From: Alloascoidea hylecoeti
Lineage: Eukaryota
Assembly: GCA_001600815.1 (NCBI GenBank)
Contig: BCKZ01000001.1
Coordinates: forward strand, 1,273,389 to 1,337,388
DNA length: 64,000 nucleotides
Direction: 5' to 3'
The notes under the pieces are model-generated. The model had not been told where the DNA came from and did no database searches. It saw only the letters and a list, made by a program, of their open reading frames with translations. Within the stretch, counting starts at the first letter, position 1. Every line of letters starts with the position of its first letter. Shown here one piece after another: positions 1 through 11,000 of this stretch. Both the position numbers and the translations under genes were made by a program.

Positions 1-149
1 GAAATGTCGCTGCTCTGTTACCTACATAACCATGAACAACATGACTTTGTATTGACAATATCCTCTTTTTTAAACCTCCAGTCATATCAATATTAAATAT
101 CAAATAAATAATACTTAAGCTTGATCATGATTTGTAGAGATAAGACTGG

Positions 150-157
150 CCGGGTAA
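150..157 (+). promoter_or_regulatory. Reb1-type site CCGGGTAA upstream of SEC12
   Basis: Exact match to the reverse complement of TTACCCGG, about 110 bp before the ATG at 265. Confidence 0.45.
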
Positions 158-264
158 TTTTTGAGATTTAGCATACCAATTGCAACGTGCACAAAATGGC
201 AAACAAATAAAAGTTCATATAAAAGTTCATTTTTTCTTTTGCCGTTGTATTTATCGTTATCATT

Positions 265-3200
265 ATGGCCACGACCGAAACCTCTTTATATAAAATTGGG
301 TATCCTGTATACACAATTAAATTTATGTCTGATGATAAATTGGTTGTTGCAGGTGGAGGAGGATATCTCCAAGAACTTCCAAATAGGCTTGTAAGTGTCT
401 GAAATAATGTTTTATCAAATAAATTAACTTTTTTTCTCTAATATTTTTCTATATTTAGTCCGTTTTAAGAACTGATTTCAAGGAAGCTAGACATGTTCAG
501 ACAGTTATGAATCTTGATTTTGATAAAGGCGATGATGCACCAATGAGTCTTGATGTTACAAAAGAAGTATGAAATTATATATTTCTGTAAGATATTATTG
601 ATTATTAACTAGTTTCTATAGGGTCTTATTTATCTTGGTGTTAATAGATCAATTGAAGCAATAAAAGAAGGTTCGAATGATCATACAAGAAAATTTAAAT
701 ACATCGGAAATAATATAACACCCGTAATTACTTCAAATGAATTTGAATCAAAAAATCCTAAAATTTATCAAAAATTTACAGTATTAAATCCTGATGGTAC
801 ATCATTAGTTATTGCAACAAATGAATCACCAAATTTAATATTTATTTTAGATTCAGTTACATTAAAGAAAATATTAAAAATGGAAATTAATGAAAATGAT
901 GAACTTGAAGATATTAAATTTTCAAAAGATGGTAAAATTCTTGCAATTTCAACAAATAATTCAATTCAATTATTATCAATTGATTCAGGTGATGAAATTT
1001 CATTGTCTATTGAATTTGCAAAATTAAGATCATCATATTTTTTTACAAAAATATCATTTATTGATAATGATACAATTTTAATTGGTGCAACGATTAAAAG
1101 AAATAAATCATCATCAAATAAAAACAATCAAAATAAAAATAATAATGAAAAAGGTATAAGTTTAATAGTTTATTCAATTTCTACTAAAAAAGTTATAAAA
1201 ATTAAACAAATATCAAAAACAATTTTAAAAATTACAAATCTTGATATATCAAGAAATTCAAAATTAATTGCATTAACAGGATCAGATTTTTCAATATCTA
1301 TTATATCAACAACAACATTATTAATATTAGAATATTTTAAAGGTATACATGATTCATCACCAATAACGAGTATTAATTTTAATCCTTCTGGTACTTTATT
1401 AGCAAGTTCTTCAATATCTGAAAAAGTTCATATTATTAAAATTCCAAAAGGTCAATATGAAAAAAATAATTTAAAGATAGTCTTTGGATTTTTCTCTATC
1501 ATTTTAATTTTAACAGTATCAGTTGTTTTAGGTATTGGATTAAAACAAGAATTTATAACAGTTGATGGAGATTTTGATATGGATAAAGCAATTGTTGTAT
1601 CTCATGAGATTTGGGATCAAGTTTATTCATATGGTTTTGAGTTAAGCTCTTTTATTAAAGAAACAATTAATAATATACAACAGAAAACTGATCTTGATAC
1701 TGATCTTGATACCGTGGTAGATTCATATAATACTGCTATGAGTAGTTCCATTGAAGCTACTCAGACCACCACTACTGTTCTTGGTCTCGAGGATCGAGAT
1801 TTAACTTCGGAAGTCATGGAATCGACGGTTATATCTGTAGAATCAATTGAACCTTTATATGATATTGATGATGCTCATACTGTTATTGAAGAAAGATCTA
1901 TAACCTCTGAAACAATAGAAGCAGAGTCAATTATTATTACAACTGTTGAAACCACGAAAGAAACTGGATTACCCACTCAATTAATTACATCTGTAATATC
2001 AGAAGCGCAAACAACAATTGTTCCAGTTGAAGAATCTTCGACAGTATCAGAGGAACAATTTACAATTCTTCCAATAGAAGAGGCTTCTGAAATAAATTTT
2101 TTACCTTTAAGCGATGTGGAAATATCTTCAACAGTATCAGAAGAAAAATTCACAATTCTTCCAATTGAGGAAGCTTCTGAAATAAACCTATTACCTTTAA
2201 ATGATGTAGAAGAATCTTCAATAGTATCAGAAGCACAAGCAACTATTCTACCGATTATAGAAACCTCAATAGTTTCTGAAAAACAGGTTACTATTATTTC
2301 AATTAAAGGTACCTCAATAGTAGAAGAACAGGTTACTATTCTCCCGATTAAAGAGACTTCAATGGTAGGAGAACAGGTTACTATTCTTCCAATTAAAGAA
2401 ACCCCAATAGTATTAGAAGAACAAGCAACAATTCTTCCAATTAAGGAATCCTCATTAGTATCAGAAGAGCAGGTTACTATTCTGCCGATTAAAGAAACCT
2501 TATCTGTATCCGAAGAACTATTTACAATTTTACCAATTGCAGAAGCTTCACAAATTAATCTTTTACCTTTAAATGAAGTTGAACAACCGGTTACAGTATC
2601 AAAAGAACAGGTTTCAGTTAAAGAAACTTCAACAGTATCAGACGAAGAAACCTTATCTGGGTCAGAGGAACAATTTAAAGTTCCGATTGAAGAAGCTTCA
2701 GAAATAAATCTTTTACCTTTAAGTGAACGAGAATCATTAATTACAAGTTCAAGTATTTTACCATTAAATTCAGCTTTTAACTCTGATAATGACTCTATTG
2801 AAGAAACATCAAAAACATCATCATTTGAGTCACCCAACACAACATCAATTATTGAATCAACATCGACATCAACAATTGAATCAGGTGGTTCATCATCATC
2901 AACTGAATTAATTGATAATGAGATTTCAAATTTCAACACGCCAATTAGTACTAATGTACCATCTAAACCAGGATCTGTATTTCAATCCGTATCTGCAAGT
3001 GAAACTGGTATTGGTAAAGTTGAAATAGCGGATAAAGCATTATCCGAATTTTATCCTATTGAAGAAGAAATTGAAGAAGAAAATGAAAATTTCTTTTCAA
3101 TCTTACCAATTGGAGCAGTATCTGGAATAAATCTAAATATACCAATGTCATCACCCTTACCCAATATCAATATTGGGATGGAAACCCTTGAAATACATGA

Positions 3201-3282
3201 AGAAAGGTTCTTTAGTGCGCTTCCTATCGAAGAAGATAACGATAGGTCCGAAGAACATACAGATGTTAGTACAAAGCAGTAA
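265..3282 (+). CDS. SEC12: Sec12/Sed4-family ER membrane WD40 protein (Sar1 GEF-like), about 964 aa; exons 265-390, 459-566, 622-3282
   Basis: Spliced N-terminus MATTETSLYKIGYPVYTIKFMSDDKLVVAGGGGYLQELPNRL/SVLRTDF...DDAPMSLDV/GLIYLGVN...HTRKFKY aligns with Sec12 (GYPAYGAKF..LLVAGGGG..PNKL, DDSPTAID, GIILVGCN, HLRKFKY). Introns GTAAGT..TAG and GTATGA..TAG keep the frame into ORF 880-3282. WD40 repeats, one TM helix (IVFGFFSIILILTVSVVLGIGL), then a long Ser/Thr/Glu-rich lumenal tail. Confidence 0.88.
2002..2724 (+). repeat. Coding minisatellite in the Sec12 lumenal tail: about 10 units of EEQVTILPIKETSxV with interspersed EEASEINLLPL units
   Basis: Repeats are visible in the translation and in DNA (recurrent gaacaggttactattct.cc.attaaagaa). 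Confidence 0.9.
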
Positions 3283-3736
3283 CGTTGTGATAGAGATCAA
3301 AGAGAAAGATGATCAGTCAAAATAGTTATTATAATAGTTTATAGTCAGCAACAAAGGCCATGCTTATAATAAAAAGTTCATTTTCTGCTGTTCTAAAAAT
3401 AACGTTTGCAGTTGCATTAAAACTTAAAAATTGCAAAATGGTATAAAAAGCATCCAAAGAGTGTTGAAAAGTGTCAAAAGCAGGAAAACGATTGATTGTC
3501 TGCTGAAGAACAAATTGTAAGCCTGTATGAACAATTAAATACAAGTAATCTTGGCTTTTGTGAAGAGATTTGTTGGACTCGGATAATAAATAATTAAGTA
3601 AACATTAAGTAATAAACATCAATAAAAATTAAATATTAATATTGCAATTTCTCTTTTCTTTTTGATTTCTTTTTTTAAACATTTCCATTCAAATTTTCAT
3701 TCAAATTTTCATTCGAACTTTCACTTGGGGATAATA

Positions 3737-6700
3737 ATGAAGAAGATTTTTACAAGGAAGAGCGGAGTTAACAGCCATGACTCCTCACCAACAGAATTGG
3801 AACCCATCTCTACTAGTACTCTAAATCTAAATTCCAATAGCCCCAAACAAAAAGTCTCCAGTGCCTCGGAGGACTCTTTCCACCCGGAGATCCACACCTC
3901 CTTTATCCCTTCAATGTCTCCCAAAAGCTACAGTAGCACGTTTTCCTTCAATAAGTCGAAACGGAGCAATAATAAATTGAAGAAAAGAGCTTCTGAGACA
4001 AATATTGCAAACAGATCCAGAGAAAATAACTCGTCTTTTTTGCAATTTCACGACAATGGGGTAAAAGTCGATGAATCATGTCTACTACCAGCCAAAGATC
4101 GCTTGACACAGCTGTTCGAGCCCACTGACCACGAGAAGATGTACAACAGCAACACCATCACCATCAACAGCTCCAACATCGTTATACCGTCCTCAGATCC
4201 GCTGTCCGTCCGGCCCTCGCCACAGCCCTCTCCACAACCCTCTCCGTCCCCCGCGTCGTCTCTGTCGTCCACGCCCCCTGTCGTCCCCCCATCAGCGAAT
4301 GTAGGCCCTGCACTGGCAGTCCCGGACGCAGCACGACTCCACCAGCCAACGCAACCGAAGGTGGCCCTGGGCGACACGAGTATCGGCACTCCTGTAAGGC
4401 GGGACTCGACTAACATGCAAACGCACATATTTCCAAACACTTTTCAAAACATTCAACCTTCCAACAACTTTAAACACATTTCTTCTTCCAATTCTATAAA
4501 CAATAACACGTCCCGTTCAACGACCCCAAATTCTTCTATGACTTCTAAAAACACTGGCACTACAACTTCCGATGATGACGACGTCCTGGATGATTCGGTT
4601 TATGCATATATCACAAACATCAATTCAATAGGCTCAAGTGACTCAAAATACACTCCTTTAAATAATTCAACATCTCCTAAGCAAAATCAAAATAAAACGA
4701 ATTTATCAACGACAAATTCAAATTCTTCTATTGCGAAACGATTTGTACCATCTTTTAAAAGCCATAATGATTATGAATCTCTTGGAGCTAACTCGGAAGA
4801 TGACGATGATGACGATGTTCCACCTCCAAGAGGAAGATATCAACCAGAACCAAAATATTCAAAAGTTTCTAGTGATTTAAACTCGAATTCTGGCTCAAAC
4901 TATGATGATGATTCTACAAGTGGTGATGATGATGATGGACTAGATGATAATTCGATCGCTTCTTCAACTGCTTTACATACCATCCCCATACCAAATAATC
5001 CAAACGGTCAAAATACAAGTGTTGCTCCATCCTCAACCACTTCTACGGCTTTGCCAACTCCTGAGACTTCAAATACTTCTCATGATACTTCTATGAGTAT
5101 TCAAACAAATCACAATATGCTTGACAATAATACTATGAATAATAAATCTGTTGTTGAAACTGATGACATAACATCTCCTTTAGAGTTTGATTATAGCACT
5201 GATCATTTTGCAACTATAGAACCTAGATCTTCAAATTCACTTGATAATACTTCAAATAGTACTAATATGCCTCCAAGAGCAACTAGAAGAGTCCCCTCAA
5301 TTCAAAAATTCAACCAAACTAATAGACAAAGTTCAATAGCATCTAATAATGCTACTAAAAAAAATAGTATTTATAATAATGCTAGTTATATGGCTGAAGA
5401 TCCATCACATGAACTTCCAATACCTGAAGTAGATTTTGACAAGTCAAGATTTTCACATCATGATGAAGATTCGGATGATAATGAATCAATATCATCAAGT
5501 GAAATAGATCCATTGGCTGAGGAAGATGATGAGGAAGATGAAGATGCAATGAAATCAAAAGAAGAAGCAATCATGTTAAGAAGAAAACAAGAAGCTCATC
5601 TTGCTGTTTATAGACAAAGTATGATGAAAATTACTGGTAAAGAAGATGTTAAAAGTCCTAATTATAATAGAATGACTAATTATTCTGGATTAACTCTTGG
5701 TAATAATGGTTCAAGAAATGTAATTAAAGAAGAAGAAGAACAATATGAAGATATTCCTTTAGCTATTTTACATGCTCATGGATTTCCTGAAAATCATTCT
5801 CCAATACCATCTGCAAATAATAATAGATTTACTGTTGCTGGTAATGGGAATTTATTAGATCCAAATAAACCAATACCTGATATATTGAAGCATGGGAATA
5901 ATTCTCCACCTCAACCAAAGTTACCTTATGGTAATATGCCCAGATCTGGTACACCATTTGGTTTAAATAATTATGATGCTAATAATGCTTCTGATTCTAA
6001 TGTTCGCTCATCAAGAGGTTTATTAGGTATTGTTGCAAAAGAAGAAGAAGAGAAGAAAATCTTACATAAAGCTAGTTTTAATAGAATGACTGGTAGAGAA
6101 ACATTATTAAATTTTGGTGAGAAGAATAATTCAGCTCCTTCAATAATGATGGATAATCAACCTCAACAACAACAAGGTAATGGTAATGGTAATATAACTG
6201 ATCAAATGTCTCAATTAATTCAAATGCAATTACAATTACAAATGTTACAATTACAACAATTAAATACACAAATGGGTAATCCAATGTTAATGAATAATAT
6301 GAATCCAATGCTTCAAAATAGTAATGCTTCAATGATGGGTGTACCACCAATGGGCATGGGTCCTTCAATGATGGGTGCTCCTTCAATGATGGGGGTACCA
6401 CCAATGATGCAACCTCCACAAAATACAATGATGAATAATAGAACATCAATGAACTCAGTTAATCCAATGTATTCAATGCCACCACCACAACAAATGTCTA
6501 TGCCAGGTTCACCAATGCATTATCCACAACAATCATTTTCATCAGTTTCTGTTCCAAATTTTCAACAACCACCAATGTATCCACCATCAAATTATGCAAA
6601 ATCAATAGCTCCTAGTGAAAGATCAACCATGTCAAGAAATTCAAAGAGATATAGACAACCACAAATTCATCCACATGTCTTACCATTAAATCAAATTAAT

Positions 6701-7354
6701 TCAAATTCTAGAAATAGTATGAATAATCGTTCACATTCTCCTTTAAATCCATTAAATGGTAATAATTATTATGGAAATATGAATAATGGTAATATGAATA
6801 ATGCCTTATCAAATTCACCAATACAAAATGCTATACCAATGGCTGATATTTCAAAATTTTCACCAGGTACTGCTTTTGATAAAAGAAGTTCAATTATAAG
6901 AAGAAGTCCAAATACTAATAATCAAAATAATAATTCAAATAATGTTATTGAAGAAGAAAGTGAAAATGAAAATGAAGATAAGGAACAATTAAAACAAGGC
7001 GAATTATTATCAAATACAAATTTACAATCATCTCCTGATACACCAAATGAATTAGGACCTAAAGGTTTAGGATTACAATCACCTTCAATACAACAACCCA
7101 ATGGAGTTAGTACTTTTAATCCAACAATAAGACAAGTTAATGATCAAGAAGATGAAAATAGTTTATCTGAAATAGCAAAGAAAAAATTAGAAATGAAGAA
7201 AAAATGGGCGAATAGAAGCACTGGTAATAACAATAATAATAATAATAACAATAATAATAATACGGGTATTATTAATTTTGATGGCGATAATGATGATAGA
7301 TTGAAATTAGATTTGAATGTTTCTACTCCACCTGTTACTACTACTACTGCCTAG
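3737..7354 (+). CDS. Uncharacterised, largely disordered S/N/D/P/Q/M-rich protein (about 1205 aa) with short conserved-looking islands
   Basis: Uninterrupted 3.6 kb ORF. The first ATG is at 3737 (the track starts at a TTG). Islands LRRKQEAHLAVYRQSMMKITG, EDIPLAILHAHGFP and SIAPSERS..RYR resemble an uncharacterised fungal family (recalled, not searched). Confidence 0.8.
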   Translation: MKKIFTRKSGVNSHDSSPTELEPISTSTLNLNSNSPKQKVSSASEDSFHPEIHTSFIPSMSPKSYSSTFSFNKSKRSNNKLKKRASETNIANRSRENNSSFLQFHDNGVKVDESCLLPAKDRLTQLFEPTDHEKMYNSNTITINSSNIVIPSSDPLSVRPSPQPSPQPSPSPASSLSSTPPVVPPSANVGPALAVPDAARLHQPTQPKVALGDTSIGTPVRRDSTNMQTHIFPNTFQNIQPSNNFKHISSSNSINNNTSRSTTPNSSMTSKNTGTTTSDDDDVLDDSVYAYITNINSIGSSDSKYTPLNNSTSPKQNQNKTNLSTTNSNSSIAKRFVPSFKSHNDYESLGANSEDDDDDDVPPPRGRYQPEPKYSKVSSDLNSNSGSNYDDDSTSGDDDDGLDDNSIASSTALHTIPIPNNPNGQNTSVAPSSTTSTALPTPETSNTSHDTSMSIQTNHNMLDNNTMNNKSVVETDDITSPLEFDYSTDHFATIEPRSSNSLDNTSNSTNMPPRATRRVPSIQKFNQTNRQSSIASNNATKKNSIYNNASYMAEDPSHELPIPEVDFDKSRFSHHDEDSDDNESISSSEIDPLAEEDDEEDEDAMKSKEEAIMLRRKQEAHLAVYRQSMMKITGKEDVKSPNYNRMTNYSGLTLGNNGSRNVIKEEEEQYEDIPLAILHAHGFPENHSPIPSANNNRFTVAGNGNLLDPNKPIPDILKHGNNSPPQPKLPYGNMPRSGTPFGLNNYDANNASDSNVRSSRGLLGIVAKEEEEKKILHKASFNRMTGRETLLNFGEKNNSAPSIMMDNQPQQQQGNGNGNITDQMSQLIQMQLQLQMLQLQQLNTQMGNPMLMNNMNPMLQNSNASMMGVPPMGMGPSMMGAPSMMGVPPMMQPPQNTMMNNRTSMNSVNPMYSMPPPQQMSMPGSPMHYPQQSFSSVSVPNFQQPPMYPPSNYAKSIAPSERSTMSRNSKRYRQPQIHPHVLPLNQINSNSRNSMNNRSHSPLNPLNGNNYYGNMNNGNMNNALSNSPIQNAIPMADISKFSPGTAFDKRSSIIRRSPNTNNQNNNSNNVIEEESENENEDKEQLKQGELLSNTNLQSSPDTPNELGPKGLGLQSPSIQQPNGVSTFNPTIRQVNDQEDENSLSEIAKKKLEMKKKWANRSTGNNNNNNNNNNNNTGIINFDGDNDDRLKLDLNVSTPPVTTTTA

Positions 7355-8095
7355 GTTTTTTTTGGTGGAAAAGTAAACCTTGTACTTTTCATTTTGTTCT
7401 ATACATCTAATAGTTTTGTTAATAGCTTTGTTTTTAACAAAACTAAAAGAAAACAAAATGGATATAAAAAAGGAGTAACAGGAAAAGTGTTGTAAATTTA
7501 AAAATACTTCTAATATTGAAGTTAATATTATCAATAAAATATGAAGGAATAAATTTGTTTTTGTTTTGATTTAAATTTAAATTTTGACTTCTATCTTTTC
7601 TATATATCATAATTTAAAAAAATATTTTTTTATTCTTCTTTTAATTTTTACATTCTAATTACGAATTTTTTTCATTATAATTAAGGCTAAATCTAGTTTA
7701 CACAAAAAAATAGCCGTGGCGCTAGATTTAGTAAATTTTATATATAGTAAAATTCAATATCACAATTAGCTAAAGACTTGTTTTTTCTTTTTCTTTTCTT
7801 AAATATAAGATTGGTTTTAAGTTGTTTTGAATTAATGTTTAAATATTTGGTACTGTATATAAAATAATGGCACATTTTGTGAAATCAAAAAAATAATGAC
7901 ATGTCCGGGTGACCCCAATATAAATCAAAACACACCTTCAAATTAGTAAATAATAAATATTGCCTTCAACACTATAAAATACGCTTAAATACGAGAAATA
8001 TTTAGTCAATTACCAACTCATATAATATAAGAAGTTAGTGAGAGAAAATCAAATCATAGAAAACAACTAAATATTTATTGGATATATATTTCAAA

Positions 8096-11000
8096 ATGTC
8101 AGATCTTACTCCACCTCCCCTATCTTCTCTAAATTCAGACGATTCTTTAATTGTTCACAGATCTGAGCAGTTAACGTTTCCAAGTGAAAAACTGTTACAT
8201 TATTTAAATGAGATTAGTGAAGTTTTGTTAGGGGCTTCTGTGGAAGATTTAAAAAAATCATCTTTTAATTCAATAGATTCTGTTAAGCTTTGTGATACGT
8301 TTGCAAATGATTCTCAACAATCTACTTTATTTGTTGTTAAAGAACAGATAAATACTCAAAATACAGAAGATAAAGGTATGAAATAATCTTTCTTTTCATC
8401 CACTAGAAATTTAACTAATATAATAAATATAGAAGAAGAAAATATACCAGAATATAGATATATTTTAGGTAATGAATTACAACCATCCATGAATTCAATA
8501 TCAACATTAGCTATTATCAAGACAAATTCACAATTATCTGACTTATTACCTATTGAATTACAAGTTCAAGTTGTGAATTTACCAACTATATCAAATGTTA
8601 CAACTGAAAATGAATCCGATAATGCTTTTGAAGCGTTGAGATCTTTAATAAGTAATGGTATTGCTCCATTTTTTGAAGTACTTGCTCATAAAACAACATC
8701 AGATAATCTTAATGATAATGATTTATTAAAAAATCATGATGATGATAAGGATACCTCAAGGGCAGTTTATGATACAACAAGAAAGAAAATCACAGAATTA
8801 GCTTTATCTTTTCAACATTTACAACAGAAAATTGTTATACCAAATTTAAGTGTTAGTGTTCATCCAGTAATAAAAAGCATAGTTGAAAAAGCAAGAAGTT
8901 CTGGTATAGATGTATCAATTGATCTTTTACCAAAAGATTTATTAACTGATACAAACTTTTTAAACTCCTTGCAATCAACAGTTAGTACATGGATTAAATC
9001 CGTTCAAAAAGTTACAAAGTTATCAAGAGACCCATCAGAAGGTACAGCAACACAAGAAATTGTATTTTGGACTTCATTAGAAACTGCATTATTATCATTA
9101 CAAGAACAATTACAAGGTGAAGAAATTCAATTAACAATGGATATATTAAAAAATGCAAAAAGATATCATGCAACAATTGGCTTTTTATCAGAAACTGGGT
9201 TAAAAGAAGCAATTGAAACATCTCAAAAATATAATCAATTAATGAAAGATTTACCATTAGATGATTTATTATCATCTATTAATTTACCAAAATTAAATGA
9301 ATCAATTATACAAATTTTCTTACATATGAAAAAATTAAGATCAACTTCTTATCCAATAAATAGAGCATTACCATTTATTGAAAGAATTTCTGATGATTTC
9401 AATTCAAAAGTTAAATCATTAATTAATAATTTAGATATTTTAAATTTACCATATAATAAATTTGAATTGATTATAAAAGAAATTGAATCTGTTTTTAATA
9501 CATGGGATAGACAAGCTAAAAATTTTACAAATTTAGCAAGAGATGTTTTAAGAAAAAGAAATGAAAAATTTATATTCATTAAAATTACCTCCCATCATAT
9601 TAAAACGAAAGAAAGGTTAGAATATATTTCTAATTTTAGAGCAAGGCATGAAAGATTAGTTAAAGCTTTAAAACATGTTGCTGATTCTGATATTGCTGAA
9701 ACATTTAAATCTTCAATGCCTGATGATTTTGATCCCATTAATGAAATGAATATTGCTTATGAATTGGTTAAAGCTATTGATGTTACTGATACTTCAGAAG
9801 GTAAGAAATGAAAGTGTAAATATACGTCTATAAGTATTAATAACTAACTTTTTTTTAATTGTAGACGGCACCAAAAAATGGGATAAAGTCGAAAAAGCAT
9901 ATAATGAAAGAGCAGCAGCAGCAGAGCATATGGTAACAACAATGCTCAGAGAAGTTTTATCAAAAGGTAGAAATGCAAATGAAATGTTTTTTGTATTTTC
10001 AAAGTTTAATTCATTATTATCAAGACCTTCAATTAGAAATGCAATTCAAGAATATCAATCAAGATTAATTGATAATGTTAAAAAAGATATTATTAAATTA
10101 CAAGATCATTTTCAAAAACAAAATGATTCTAGAGAAATGGCAAAATTAAGAGATTTACCTCCTGTTTCTTCAACAATTATAAGGGTCAAACAAATTGAAA
10201 GTAGATTGAAATTATTACTCCATAGGGTTGAAACGGTTTTAGGTAAACAATGGCAAGAATACGCTGAAGGACAAAAATTGCATGCTGAAAGTATGATTTT
10301 TTTAAGTAAACTAAACCCTCAACCAATTTATGAACAATGGCTATCCGAAGTTAATAAGAAAAGTTATAGTATAGAAGGTTTGGTTTTTAAAATTTCAAAA
10401 AATGGCACTACTGGTAATTTTGAGTTATCTGTTAATTTTAATGCAAACGTAATGGTTTTGTTCAAAGAAGTTAGAAATTTATGCTTTTTATCTTTTCAGG
10501 TACCTCATAGTATTATAAGTTCTGCTCGATTTGCGAGAAAGATTTATCCACAAGCTGTTAGTCTAACAGATTCGATAGACCTTTTATCCCAAGCATTTGA
10601 TATCTCGCCAGACTTAGGTATGATAAAGGTATTATCATTTGCTTCACATAATAAAGTTCTTTCATTATTGGAACATTCATTAGTTATAAAGTGGGAATTG
10701 TTAGCAAGGGGTCATGATTTAAGGGCATTACCACAAGGTGGTTTATCAGGTTTATTAGAAAATCAAAACGTTCAATTAATTCAAGATCTAGAAATATCAA
10801 TTTATTCATTTTATAAAACTGTTACTAATTTGAATGAGACCCAAAAGCATATTGATGATCAATTAAAGGAACTTCAAAAATGTAGTTACACAACTAATGA
10901 TTTTGCAGTGATTATTAATAAAATTCAAACAATCGTTGATGAGTTAATTTTAGAAGGTTACTCTGAAATTAAATATTTTGTACATTATTTAAATGCAAAC

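Noticed and set aside
1977..2939. 320-aa antisense ORF, and other short overlapping or antisense ORFs in the track
   Set aside because: Shadows of repetitive or codon-biased sense genes with no recognisable motifs.
7687..7731. 10-bp inverted repeat CTAAATCTAG..CTAGATTTAG upstream of DYN1
   Set aside because: Too short to call a MITE or functional hairpin, and no target-site duplication is evident.
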